From: an uncultured Collinsella sp.
Lineage (GTDB): Bacteria > Actinomycetota > Coriobacteriia > Coriobacteriales > Coriobacteriaceae
DNA length: 64,000 nt
Reading direction: 5' to 3'
Assembly: GCA_902466855.1 (NCBI GenBank)
Contig: CABQSP010000001.1
Span: 45,783 to 109,782, forward strand
A program made the position numbers and the translations under genes. Below are positions 18,812-28,156 of the stretch, in pieces. The first letter of the stretch is position 1, and every line of letters begins with the position of its first letter. The notes under the pieces were generated by a model. The model was given only the letters and a program-made list of their open reading frames with translations. It searched no databases and was not told the DNA's origin.

Positions 18812-18879
18812 TTGCTGCGTAGAGCGTGCGTAGCCGCCCGCGCGGCTTTGCCGTGATGGTATAGTTATCCAGGTTTTTT

Positions 18880-19740
18880 ATGGGGGTGGCTATGCCAAGT
18901 TGGAACATTCATATCGCTCAGACGGAGCGTTTGCTGGAGCGCACCGGTGCACTTGCCAATAGCGTGCGCGACCGCAATGCCTTTTTGTTTGGCTGCGTGG
19001 TTCCGGATATTTTCGTGGGCTATATGGTCCCTGGCATCGCCGATCCCATCCCGTACCGCATTACGCACTTTGCCAAGCCCGAGCCTATCCCTAAGCCGCG
19101 TGAGCACGAGTTCTGGGATACCTATGTGGCACCGTTGTTTAAAAGTTCGCCCACCGGTGCGCCAGCCGCGGCGACCTCGATTATCGAGGAGCGCGAGCGA
19201 CTGAATCGCGTGCACTATCCCCAGCGCTACAGGGATGCTGAGCCGGTTGTCGGTCCCGGCGCTCGTGAGTTCTCGCTTGCGTCCGAAGATGTGGCGCAGT
19301 CGTTGCTCGATTTGACACTGGGTGTCTGGTCGCATCTGGTGGCCGATACCGTATGGAATACGCGCGTGAATCAGTACCTGGAGGCGCACGGCGGCAAGCC
19401 GTGCGAGGAGTTCCGCATTAAAAAGCAAGGCGACTTTGACTGGTTCGGCAAGACGCTCGGCATTGTTTCGATTCCGCGCGCGACCGATCGCCTGTATACT
19501 GCGGCGACGCGTTTTGGGCAGTATCCCATCCATAAGGAGTATGTGCTCAAGACCATCGGCGTTATGCACGAGATCGTGCGCGAAAACCCCGGCGAGCCCG
19601 ACCATCCGCCATACCGCCTGCTGACCGAGAAATTCTTCGACGCAACGTTTACCGAGGTCATCGAGCTGACCGAGGCGGGCTTTGCCGCCCGTGTCGAATC
19701 GCCCGATGTGCCTGCTCTGCCCCTGATTGCTAGCTGCTAG
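18880..19740 (+). CDS. Hypothetical protein (weak resemblance to Zn-dependent phospholipase C/P1-nuclease fold N-terminus)
   Basis: 'SWNIHIAQTERLL...SHLVADTVWN'. The assignment is tentative. Confidence 0.35.
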   Translation: MGVAMPSWNIHIAQTERLLERTGALANSVRDRNAFLFGCVVPDIFVGYMVPGIADPIPYRITHFAKPEPIPKPREHEFWDTYVAPLFKSSPTGAPAAATSIIEERERLNRVHYPQRYRDAEPVVGPGAREFSLASEDVAQSLLDLTLGVWSHLVADTVWNTRVNQYLEAHGGKPCEEFRIKKQGDFDWFGKTLGIVSIPRATDRLYTAATRFGQYPIHKEYVLKTIGVMHEIVRENPGEPDHPPYRLLTEKFFDATFTEVIELTEAGFAARVESPDVPALPLIASC

Positions 19741-20810
19741 CTGGCCGGCCCGGCAGCGAATAGCTCAACCCAATCGACAAGTAGCTCTTGCCGTAAGGTA
19801 TCTTCGGCAATGCGCTCCTGTTTGGTCTTTGGGATGTGGGGAAGCCCGGCCTTTTTATGGATGAGCTCGGCTATGTGGTCGAAGCTCTTCTTCTCCTTGA
19901 TCTGGTCATAGGTAATTTGGATGACGTCGTAGCCCATGCTTGTGAGTGCGGTGGCGCGCTCGGCATCGGAGAGGCTTGCGGCTTCGCTGTCATGGGCGGA
20001 GCGGCCTTGGCATTCCAAGATGACGCCCATGCTGTCGGTGGCGCTTTCGATGAGGATATCGGCGTAGCAGCAGGTTTTGTCATACAGCGAACGTGCGGCT
20101 TCACTGAGCGGGATGCGCGCGTTGTTGGCGATCTCGATGCCCTGGCCACCCTCGTCGCGGGGGAGCGAGATAAGCATGGACGTCTGAACTTCGAAGGGCG
20201 AGGCGGTCTGCCCCGTCATGTGCTCGGCCGCCCAGCGCAGTTGTTTGACGCCGCGCAGGCCTGCGGCTTGCTTGGCGAACGCGGCGATATCCGTTGCGGT
20301 AAGAAGCGGCGTGCGCTTCCACAAGTTGGTGTCATTGCCCTTGGTGTCGTTAACTCGCTCCCAGCCGCAGTTGGATGGAATGAGCTTAAGCGAAATAGCT
20401 TCATCGAGTTGTTGTTGCGTTCGCTCGCAGGGCTTAAACACTGCAAAGGAGCCGCACATCTCGTAGCACGCCATGAGTAACTGGTTGCGTGAGACCTGCG
20501 TGGCAAGGCTGAGCAGCGTAAACTCCGGTGAAGTGACATCAAATCCATGTTCAGTCTGCCTAAACGACCCCGGAGGTGGTTCTTGGGTCAGGAGGTGCGA
20601 TTTAAACAGGCTTCGCGACCCGGATTGTGCCCGAGTGAATACAAGCCTGTGAAGTGGTGCGTGAAGCAGGTCTTTTACAACTGCATGACTTCCGAGGCCA
20701 CAACATCTGCGATCCATATTGCCAAGGCTAATGGCGGGGTAAAGGCCTAATACCTGCGGCGGGATGCGGTAGTAGTTAAAGGCGGATTGCCCACAAAGCG
20801 TCAGGTCCAT
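19737..20810 (-). CDS. Hypothetical protein with C-terminal DUF559/Vsr-like endonuclease-fold domain
   Basis: 'DILIESATDSMGVILECQGRSAHDSEAASLSDAERATALTSMGYDVIQITYDQI' fits the DUF559 pattern (D..IE...E..G..H......D..R...L...G..V.R). Confidence 0.45.
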   Translation of the reverse strand: MDLTLCGQSAFNYYRIPPQVLGLYPAISLGNMDRRCCGLGSHAVVKDLLHAPLHRLVFTRAQSGSRSLFKSHLLTQEPPPGSFRQTEHGFDVTSPEFTLLSLATQVSRNQLLMACYEMCGSFAVFKPCERTQQQLDEAISLKLIPSNCGWERVNDTKGNDTNLWKRTPLLTATDIAAFAKQAAGLRGVKQLRWAAEHMTGQTASPFEVQTSMLISLPRDEGGQGIEIANNARIPLSEAARSLYDKTCCYADILIESATDSMGVILECQGRSAHDSEAASLSDAERATALTSMGYDVIQITYDQIKEKKSFDHIAELIHKKAGLPHIPKTKQERIAEDTLRQELLVDWVELFAAGPAS

Positions 20811-20862
20811 AATGCCCTCCTGGCCGAAATCATCTCTTTGAAGCGAGTGATGCCAGCGTCAA

Positions 20863-20989
20863 TCCGGAAGTATGCGGCAAAATCTGAACCCTATGAGCGG
20901 ACCTGGCTTTTGAGGCTAGTTTATCAGGCATTTTGTTGCGAAAAAACAGGGTGTGCTCGGAGGTTCCAGAATTTGCCGCATACTTCCGA
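20863..20989. repeat. 127-bp unit bounded by 28-bp imperfect terminal inverted repeats (MITE-like or large RNA stem)
   Basis: Left arm 'tccggaagtatgcggcaaaatctgaacc' (20863..20890). Right arm 'ggttccagaatttgccgcatacttccga' (20962..20989). The two are reverse-complementary at about 26 of 28 positions. Confidence 0.5.
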
Positions 20990-21173
20990 AAACCAGGTCG
21001 ATTTGGTTCTTGCTAAAACGATTTATCAGCCCTGTGTGAGGTGTGGGTTTGCCACCGGGCGAACACTTTTAGCGCTTGGGGCTTTATTTTTTGGGCCTCG
21101 AAGGGTGGATTTCGCGCTTTTGGTAAAGAAATGAGTGCGTGTTTTGCCGTGCGGCGGCATTGGCACAGAAAAA

Positions 21174-21203
21174 GGGCCCGGAAGGCGAAGCCTTCCGGGC
21201 CCT
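21174..21203. terminator. Terminator of pyk (hairpin gggcccggaagg-cgaa-gccttccgggccc)
   Basis: A perfect 12-bp GC stem. The minus-strand reading ends in 'tttttc'. Confidence 0.75.
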
Positions 21204-21233
21204 TTGCAATGCAAATCTGCTTGCAAGTACGAT

Positions 21234-22694
21234 TTAGCGCACCTGAGCGACGTATGCGACGTTGGTCGAGGAGACCTTGTCCTCGAGCTGGACGCTCATG
21301 CGGGGATCGCCGGCGGTAGCGACGGTCAGATCGCCGGCCTCGACGTAGCCGAGCTCCTTAGCGGTCTCGATTGCCTTGACGATCGTGCCGTTGACGGTAC
21401 CCTGGGTAATCTCGGCCTGGTGCGGGATAACGCCCCAGTACATAATCATCTGCTGGACGGCCCACTCGTGGCGGGAGAACGCGCAGATCGGCATGTTGGG
21501 ACGGAAGTGCGAGATCAGGCGAGCGGTACGACCGGTGGTCGTCGGCACGGTGATGCACTTGGCGCCAACGGTGGTGGCCATGTTCACAGCGGACATACCC
21601 ACAACGTTGTTGACAACGCGGGTGCCGTGAGCATCGGCCGGAACCTCGAGCGGAGCGTGGGCCGGGAGATACTTCTCGGTCTCGAGAGCAATGCTGGCCT
21701 GCATCTTAACGGCCTCGACCGGGTACTTACCGGCAGCGGACTCGCCGGACAGCATGACGGCGTCGGTGCCGTCGTAAATGGCGTTAGCAACGTCGGCAAC
21801 CTCGGCGCGCGTCGGGCGCGGGTTCTGCTGCATGGAGTCGAGCATCTGCGTAGCGGTGATAACGGGCTTGTAGGCCGCGTTGCACTTGGCGATAATCTCC
21901 TTCTGGATGTGCGGAACGAGCTCGGGCTTGATCTCGATGCCCAGGTCGCCACGGGCGACCATGATGCCGTCGGAAGCCTCGAGAATCTCGTCGAAGTTCT
22001 CGACGCCCAAGGCGCACTCGATCTTCGGGAAGATCGTCACGTGCTCGCCGCCGTTCTCGCGGCAAAGCTCGCGGATGCCGCGGACGGACTCGCCGTCACG
22101 GATGAAGGAAGCGGCGATGTAGTCGATGTTCTCGGTCAGGCCAAAGAGGATGTCCTGACGATCGCGCTCGGTGATGGCGGGCAGCGAGATGTTGACGTTG
22201 GGCATGTTGACGCCCTTGCGCTCGCCGATCAGGCCGTCGTTCTTAACGACGCAGGTCATGTCCTGGCCACTGACGGACTCGACCTCGAGGGCAACCAGGC
22301 CGTCATCGATCAGGATGAGGGAGCCCTTCTCGACCTCGGAAGGCAGAGCCAGGTAGTCGAGGGAGATGTGCTCAGCGGTGCCGTGGAAATCCTCGGACGT
22401 GGGCTGAGCGGTGACGACGATCTTATCGCCGGTCTTGACGGCAACCTTCTTGCCGTCGACCAGAAGGCCGGTGCGGACCTCGGGGCCCTTGGTGTCGAGC
22501 AGGATGCCGACAGGCAGACCGAGCTCCTTGGAAATACGGCGGACGCGCTCGATGCGACCGTGGTGCTCGTCGTAGGAGCCGTGCGAGAAGTTAAAACGGG
22601 CGACGTTCATGCCCGCCTTGATCATCTCGCGGATGGTCTCGTCGCTATCGCAGGCGGGACCCATGGTGCATACAATCTTAGTGCGCTTGTACAT
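21234..22694 (-). CDS. pyk: Pyruvate kinase
   Basis: 'MYKRTKIVCTMGPACDSDETIREMIKAGMNVARFNFSHG...LLDTKGPEVRTG'. Confidence 0.95.
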   Translation of the reverse strand: MYKRTKIVCTMGPACDSDETIREMIKAGMNVARFNFSHGSYDEHHGRIERVRRISKELGLPVGILLDTKGPEVRTGLLVDGKKVAVKTGDKIVVTAQPTSEDFHGTAEHISLDYLALPSEVEKGSLILIDDGLVALEVESVSGQDMTCVVKNDGLIGERKGVNMPNVNISLPAITERDRQDILFGLTENIDYIAASFIRDGESVRGIRELCRENGGEHVTIFPKIECALGVENFDEILEASDGIMVARGDLGIEIKPELVPHIQKEIIAKCNAAYKPVITATQMLDSMQQNPRPTRAEVADVANAIYDGTDAVMLSGESAAGKYPVEAVKMQASIALETEKYLPAHAPLEVPADAHGTRVVNNVVGMSAVNMATTVGAKCITVPTTTGRTARLISHFRPNMPICAFSRHEWAVQQMIMYWGVIPHQAEITQGTVNGTIVKAIETAKELGYVEAGDLTVATAGDPRMSVQLEDKVSSTNVAYVAQVR

Positions 22695-23059
22695 TCAGAC
22701 CTCCATCTGACATCGTCTTGCGCTGATAGATAAACCATAAGAAATAAAACCGAGATGATTATAACGAAATGCCGACCGAATACCCCAAAAAATCGACCGT
22801 ATGCCGAAATGGAAGTTCATTTTTTGCGGGAAAAACGGTATATGAAAAATCTTTACCAACCACTCCAACCGCTGCTATCTGGGCGATATGTCAGTTTGGC
22901 GATGTGCCGAAGAAAAAACGTTTTACCAATGTTGAGCATCACACGGTCTGCACCGTTGCGTGCGGACCATATTTCCAAACCGATTGTTTTGGCTAGACGC
23001 GTCTCTTTGGGGTACCATAGCTCCACTATCAACTGCCGCTCAGCACGGCAGCCTTGATG

Positions 23060-23125
23060 AGCCCTTGCCCTTCTCCTGGGAATTATGATCGGGCATCAAT
23101 CTGCTGAGTGGCCCGAATCCCAGGA
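23060..23125 (+). promoter_or_regulatory. Stem-loop overlapping the RBS of the P-type ATPase (tcctgggaatt...gaatcccagga)
   Basis: A 10-bp inverted repeat whose 3' arm includes part of the 'aggagggg' Shine-Dalgarno. It could act as a translational control element. Confidence 0.25.
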
Positions 23126-23136
23126 GGGGACTCTAT

Positions 23137-25818
23137 ATGCAAAAGGAATACCTGTCCGCCGCGGCGGAGGTGCTCAGCGACCAAGGTGTCGATGAGAACC
23201 TCGGCCTGAGCAACGACGAGGCGTCTTCGCGCCTCGCCAAGACAGGCCCTAACAAGCTCGAGGAAGCCGAGAAGACGCCGCTGTGGAAGCGTTTCTTTGA
23301 GCAGATGGCCGACCCCATGGTCATCATGCTGATCGTTGCCGCCGTCATCAGTGCGCTCACGGGCATGGTCAAGGGCGAGCCCGACTTTGCCGATGTTGCC
23401 ATCATCATGTTCGTCGTTATCGTCAACTCGGTGCTGGGCGTGGTCCAGGAAGCCAAGAGCGAGGAGGCCCTCGAGGCCCTGCAGGAGATGAGTGCGGCGC
23501 AGTCCAAGGTGCTGCGCGACGGCAAGCTCGTGCACCTGCCGAGCGCCGAGCTCGTGCCCGGCGACGTGATCATGCTCGAGGCGGGCGACTCCGTCCCGGC
23601 CGACTGCCGCGTGCTCGAGAGCGCCACGATGAAGATCGAAGAGGCCGCGCTCACCGGCGAGTCCGTGCCCGTAGAGAAGCACGCCAACGTGATCGAGCTT
23701 GCCGCGGGCACCGCTGACGTGCCGCTCGGCGACCGCAAGAACATGTGCTACATGGGTTCCACCGTGGTATACGGCCGTGGCCGCGCCGTCGTGGTCGGCA
23801 CCGGCATGAACACCGAGATGGGTAAGATCGCCGGCGCCCTGGCCGAGGCCAAGGAGGAGCTCACGCCGTTGCAGGTGAAGCTTGCCGAGCTCAGCCGCAT
23901 CCTTACCATTATGGTGATCGTCATCTGCGTCGTGATCTTTGGCGTTGACATCCTCCGCCACGGCGTGGGCAATGTCCTCACCGACCCGACTGCCCTGCTC
24001 GACACCTTTATGGTCGCCGTCTCGCTTGCCGTCGCCGCCATTCCCGAGGGCCTGGTCGCCGTCGTGACCATCGTCCTTTCGCTCGGCGTGACCAAGATGG
24101 CCAAGCGCCAGGCGATTATCCGCAAGCTCTCTGCCGTCGAGACCCTTGGCTGCACGCAGACCATCTGCTCCGACAAGACCGGTACCCTTACCCAGAACAA
24201 GATGACCGTCGTCAAGCACGAGCTCGCTGCGCCCAAGGAGAAGTTCCTGGCCGGCATGGCGCTGTGCTCCGATGCTCAGTGGGACGAGGAGCTGGGCGAG
24301 GCCGTGGGCGAGCCGACTGAGTGCGCGCTCGTCAACGACGCCGGCAAGGCGGGCCTCACTGGCCTGACTGCCGAGCATCCGCGCGTGGGCGAGGCCCCGT
24401 TTGACTCGGGCCGCAAGATGATGTCCGTGGTCGTCGAGACCCTGGATGGCGAGTACGAGCAGTACACCAAGGGTGCGCCCGACGTGGTGATCGGCCTGTG
24501 CACCCATATCTACGAGGGCGATAAGGTCGTCCCCCTGACCGAGGAGCGCCGCGCCGAGCTCGTGGCGGCCAACAAGGCCATGGCCGACGAGGCCCTGCGC
24601 GTACTGGCGCTGGCAAGCCGCACCTACACCGAGGTTCCCGACGACTGCAGCCCCGCTGCGCTCGAGCATGACCTGGTCTTCTGTGGCCTGTCCGGCATGA
24701 TCGACCCGGTCCGTCCCGAGGTGGCCGACGCCATCCGCGAGGCGCACGACGCCGGTATCCGCACCGTCATGATCACGGGCGACCACATCGACACCGCCGT
24801 GGCCATCGCCAAGCAGCTGGGCATCGTCGCCGATCGCAGCCAGGCCATCACCGGTGCCGACCTCGATCGCATGAGCGACGAGGAACTCGACGCGCACATC
24901 GAGGACTACGGCGTGTACGCCCGCGTCCAGCCCGAGCACAAGACACGCATCGTCGAGGCTTGGAAGTCGCGCGACCAGATCGTGGCCATGACGGGCGATG
25001 GCGTCAACGACGCCCCGTCCATCAAGCGCGCCGACATCGGCGTGGGCATGGGCATCACCGGTACCGACGTCACCAAGAACGTCGCCGACATGGTACTTGC
25101 CGATGACAACTTCGCTACCATCATCGGCGCCTGCGAAGAGGGTCGTCGCATCTACGACAACATCCGCAAGGTCATCCAGTTCCTGCTTTCGGCCAACCTT
25201 GCCGAGGTGTTCTCGGTGTTTATCGCCACGCTCATCGGCTTTACCATCTTCCAGCCGGTGCAGCTGCTGTGGGTGAACCTGGTCACCGACTGCTTCCCCG
25301 CGCTCGCGCTGGGCATGGAGGATGCCGAGGGCGACATCATGAAGCGCAAGCCGCGCAACGCCAAGGACGGTGTCTTTGCCGGTCACATGGGCCTGGACTG
25401 CGTGGTCCAGGGCCTGATCATCACCGTGCTGGTGCTGGCGAGCTTCTTTGTGGGCGTGTACTTTGACATGGGCTACATCCACATCGCCGATATGATCGCC
25501 GGTAATGCCGACGAGGAAGGCGTGATGATGGCCTTCATCACGCTCAACATGGTCGAGATCTTCCACTGCTTCAATATGCGCAGCCGTCGTGCGTCGCTGT
25601 TTAGCATGAAGAAGCAGAACAAGTGGCTGTGGGCTTCGGCCGCGCTGGCGCTGGTGCTGACGGTTATTGTGACCGTGCAGCCGACGCTTGCCGAGATGTT
25701 CTTTGGCCCCGTGACGCTTGAACTCAAGGGCGTTATCGCCGCCCTGGGCCTGGCCTTCCTGATCATCCCGCTGATGGAGATCTACAAGGCGATCATGCGC
25801 GCGGTCGAGAAAGAGTAG
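23137..25818 (+). CDS. P-type (P2A/P2B-like) cation-transporting ATPase, probably Ca2+
   Basis: Phosphorylation site 'DKTGTLT'. 'TGDHIDTAVAIA' and 'GDGVNDAPS' are present. 10-TM architecture. Length 893 aa. Confidence 0.9.
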   Translation: MQKEYLSAAAEVLSDQGVDENLGLSNDEASSRLAKTGPNKLEEAEKTPLWKRFFEQMADPMVIMLIVAAVISALTGMVKGEPDFADVAIIMFVVIVNSVLGVVQEAKSEEALEALQEMSAAQSKVLRDGKLVHLPSAELVPGDVIMLEAGDSVPADCRVLESATMKIEEAALTGESVPVEKHANVIELAAGTADVPLGDRKNMCYMGSTVVYGRGRAVVVGTGMNTEMGKIAGALAEAKEELTPLQVKLAELSRILTIMVIVICVVIFGVDILRHGVGNVLTDPTALLDTFMVAVSLAVAAIPEGLVAVVTIVLSLGVTKMAKRQAIIRKLSAVETLGCTQTICSDKTGTLTQNKMTVVKHELAAPKEKFLAGMALCSDAQWDEELGEAVGEPTECALVNDAGKAGLTGLTAEHPRVGEAPFDSGRKMMSVVVETLDGEYEQYTKGAPDVVIGLCTHIYEGDKVVPLTEERRAELVAANKAMADEALRVLALASRTYTEVPDDCSPAALEHDLVFCGLSGMIDPVRPEVADAIREAHDAGIRTVMITGDHIDTAVAIAKQLGIVADRSQAITGADLDRMSDEELDAHIEDYGVYARVQPEHKTRIVEAWKSRDQIVAMTGDGVNDAPSIKRADIGVGMGITGTDVTKNVADMVLADDNFATIIGACEEGRRIYDNIRKVIQFLLSANLAEVFSVFIATLIGFTIFQPVQLLWVNLVTDCFPALALGMEDAEGDIMKRKPRNAKDGVFAGHMGLDCVVQGLIITVLVLASFFVGVYFDMGYIHIADMIAGNADEEGVMMAFITLNMVEIFHCFNMRSRRASLFSMKKQNKWLWASAALALVLTVIVTVQPTLAEMFFGPVTLELKGVIAALGLAFLIIPLMEIYKAIMRAVEKE

Positions 25819-25837
25819 GTCGAAAGGCCATCCTTCC

Positions 25838-25952
25838 CACCGGCCCGACCGCCTGCGGGGTTTCTTCTTCGCTGGTCCTCGCGCTTCGCGCTGCGGGATC
25901 GCTCAGAAGAAATCCCTCCCGGCGGTCGGGCCTTCGGATAACCTCTCGGGAC
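25838..25952. repeat. Long imperfect inverted repeat (~25-bp arms, ~45-nt loop) downstream of the ATPase
   Basis: 'ccggcccgaccgcctgcggggtttcttcttc ... gaagaaatccctcccggcggtcgggcc'. Confidence 0.35.
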
Positions 25953-25965
25953 CATAAGCTGAGGG

Positions 25966-26001
25966 AAAGTGTGTGAGTCGGTCGAGCAATTGCTCGACCG
26001 A
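25966..26001 (+). terminator. Rho-independent terminator (gagtcggtcgagcaattgctcgaccgactc + TTTTTT)
   Basis: Perfect 13-bp stem. It overlaps the 5' part of the track's rsgA ORF, so the rsgA start must lie downstream. Confidence 0.8.
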
Positions 26002-26059
26002 CTCTTTTTTGTGGGTAAAATACCTGCTCAGTTGTGATTTATGGTGCTGGGAGGCGTTT

Positions 26060-27244
26060 GTGGGCAAGGCTAAGGCTAAAGCGAAGAAGAAGACGACGGG
26101 GGCGCGGGCTAAGCGCGATCGTCGTCGGAAGCTTGCGACCGAGGCTCCCGCGTCTGCCGAGGAGTTGTTGGCGAGCGTACCGGGGCTCGATGCGCTGCAG
26201 GATGTTCCGGCGTTTGATGACCTGCCGGTCGATGAAGCCCAGCAGACTGCCTTCGATGATTTCTGCGCACATGCCGAGGAGCCCGAGCAGATGCAGCTTG
26301 GCGCCGTGGTGCGCTTGGATCGCGGGTTTCCGCTGGTGGCGACTGCCGACGATACCTTCCGCGCCGAGCATGCAGTGGGGTTTGCCAAGTCGCGCGGCGA
26401 GGACGAGGTCCTGCTGCCTGCCGTGGGCGACCGTGTGGCGGTGCGCCGCGCTCCCGGGCATGATATGGGCGTGATTGAGTGCGTGCTGCCGCGCCGTACG
26501 AGCTTTGAGCGTTGGCGCGGCCGTGCCCGTGGAGAGCGCCAGGTGCTCTGCTCCAACGTGGATAGCGTGCTAATCGTGCAGGCGCTCGGTGCCGGTGAGG
26601 TGCTGCTCGACCGCGTGGCGCGCTCGCTGGTGTTGGCGCTCGACTGCGATGCCGAGCCGGTGGTGGTGCTCACCAAAGCTGACCGCTGCGATGCCGAGGA
26701 GCTCGAGCGCGATCTGGACCGCGTGCGCCGCCTAGTGGGCCCGGACGTGCGCGTGATCGTGACGTCTTCTGCCGAGGGCCGCGGCCTGGACGAGGTCCGT
26801 GCCTGCGTGCCTGCCGGGAGCTGCGCCATGATTCTGGGCGAGTCGGGTGCCGGCAAGTCGACGCTGCTCAATGCACTGCTGGGCCACGATACGTTGGCGA
26901 CCGGCGGTGTGCGCGAACGCGACGACCAGGGCCGTCACACTACCGTCGCGCGCGTGATGGTGGCGCTGCCGGGCGACGCCGGCGTGATCGCCGATGCCCC
27001 GGGCCTGCGCAGCCTACCGCTCGTGGGTCACGAGCGGGGTCTGGCGTGCGCCTTCCCCGAGATTGTCGAGGCATCGCACGCGTGCCGGTTTGGCGATTGC
27101 ACGCATACCCATGAGCCGGGCTGCGCCGTTCGCGAGGCCGAGGACGCCGGGCAGATCGACAGCCTGCGTCTGGAAACGTTCCAAAACCTGGCGTCATCCA
27201 TGCGCGTGAGCGCTCAAATGCTCGATCCCGATGTCCATCTGTAA
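26060..27244 (+). CDS. rsgA: Ribosome small-subunit-dependent GTPase A, with Lys/Arg-rich N-terminal extension; GTG start inferred
   Basis: Circularly permuted GTPase: G4 'TKAD' precedes G1 'GESGAGKST'. C-terminal Zn-finger 'CRFGDCTHTHEPGC'. Confidence 0.85.
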   Translation: MGKAKAKAKKKTTGARAKRDRRRKLATEAPASAEELLASVPGLDALQDVPAFDDLPVDEAQQTAFDDFCAHAEEPEQMQLGAVVRLDRGFPLVATADDTFRAEHAVGFAKSRGEDEVLLPAVGDRVAVRRAPGHDMGVIECVLPRRTSFERWRGRARGERQVLCSNVDSVLIVQALGAGEVLLDRVARSLVLALDCDAEPVVVLTKADRCDAEELERDLDRVRRLVGPDVRVIVTSSAEGRGLDEVRACVPAGSCAMILGESGAGKSTLLNALLGHDTLATGGVRERDDQGRHTTVARVMVALPGDAGVIADAPGLRSLPLVGHERGLACAFPEIVEASHACRFGDCTHTHEPGCAVREAEDAGQIDSLRLETFQNLASSMRVSAQMLDPDVHL

Positions 27245-27481
27245 TTGATTTTTCCTATGACAGCCGTCTCCCAACTGTTCGGGAGACGGCTTTTTTGCTG
27301 CGGAAAAGCCTCGAAACATGCAGTTTGCTGACGTGCTGACCAAAACCTTGCCACGAGCTTGACGGGCTGGTCAGCTTTTGGTCAGCGATTGGTTTGACAT
27401 CGAAAACCAAGATCGCGATTGCGCCGCTTTGCGCTCTGACCGCCCAGACAATGGTGGTACGGGCATTCGCCCGGCACTGCC

Positions 27482-28156
27482 ATGAGAGGAGCGGCCGTGA
27501 ACAAGAGCAAGCGCATCGCCATCAGTCTGGTCGCGGGCGTGCTCGCTGCTCTGCTCTGCATGGTTTACGGCTCGTCAATCCGCTCGCAAGCCGAACAGGT
27601 CCAGGCTGAGACCTTGGCCAAGTACGGTGGCGATCGCGTCGAGGTATGCGTCGCGGCGCGCGATATCGATGTGGGCGAGACCCTCGATGAGACCAATGTC
27701 ATAACCCAGGAATGGCTGACGAGTCTGCTGCCGCGTGACGCGGCGACCGAGCTGCGCCAGGTGCGCGGCGACGTGACGACTTCGCGTATTCCCAAAAACG
27801 CCGTGATCTGCAATGTCTACACCAAGGCCGAGAGCCACAAGCTCGAGGTGCCTAAGGGCAAGGTCGCCGTTTCGGTGGCGGTCGATGCCGAGCACTCGGT
27901 CGGCGGTGCCACGGGCGTGGGCAGCTATGTGGACGTGTACGTGCAAAAAGATGGCGTAACCGATCGACTGTGCGGCGCGCACGTGATCGATACCAGTGAG
28001 AATTCCGGTGCCACGCGCGAGGGCAAGATCGAATGGGTGACGCTGGCGGCTGACCCCGAAGACGTCAAGGAACTGCTGGGGGCATCGGGCAAGGGAACGG
28101 TCAGCTTGACGATTCCCGCCACGGCGCGCGGCAAAAAGAGCGGAGGCGACGAGTGA
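27482..28156 (+). CDS. cpaB: Flp pilus assembly protein CpaB/RcpC (SAF-domain); alternative GTG start 27497
   Basis: N-terminal TM 'IAISLVAGVLAALLC'. The SAF-like region reads 'VCVAARDIDVGETLDE'. Confidence 0.75.
   Translation: MRGAAVNKSKRIAISLVAGVLAALLCMVYGSSIRSQAEQVQAETLAKYGGDRVEVCVAARDIDVGETLDETNVITQEWLTSLLPRDAATELRQVRGDVTTSRIPKNAVICNVYTKAESHKLEVPKGKVAVSVAVDAEHSVGGATGVGSYVDVYVQKDGVTDRLCGAHVIDTSENSGATREGKIEWVTLAADPEDVKELLGASGKGTVSLTIPATARGKKSGGDE

Noticed and set aside
20787-21134. 115-aa plus-strand ORF covering the TIR-bounded unit and the pyk terminator
   Set aside because: It crosses two strong hairpin structures and intergenic DNA downstream of pyk. There is no RBS and no motif.
27245-27481. 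71-aa ORF (27394..27609) upstream of cpaB
   Set aside because: It overlaps the cpaB start region and has Arg-rich low-complexity composition. The region more likely holds the tad promoter.
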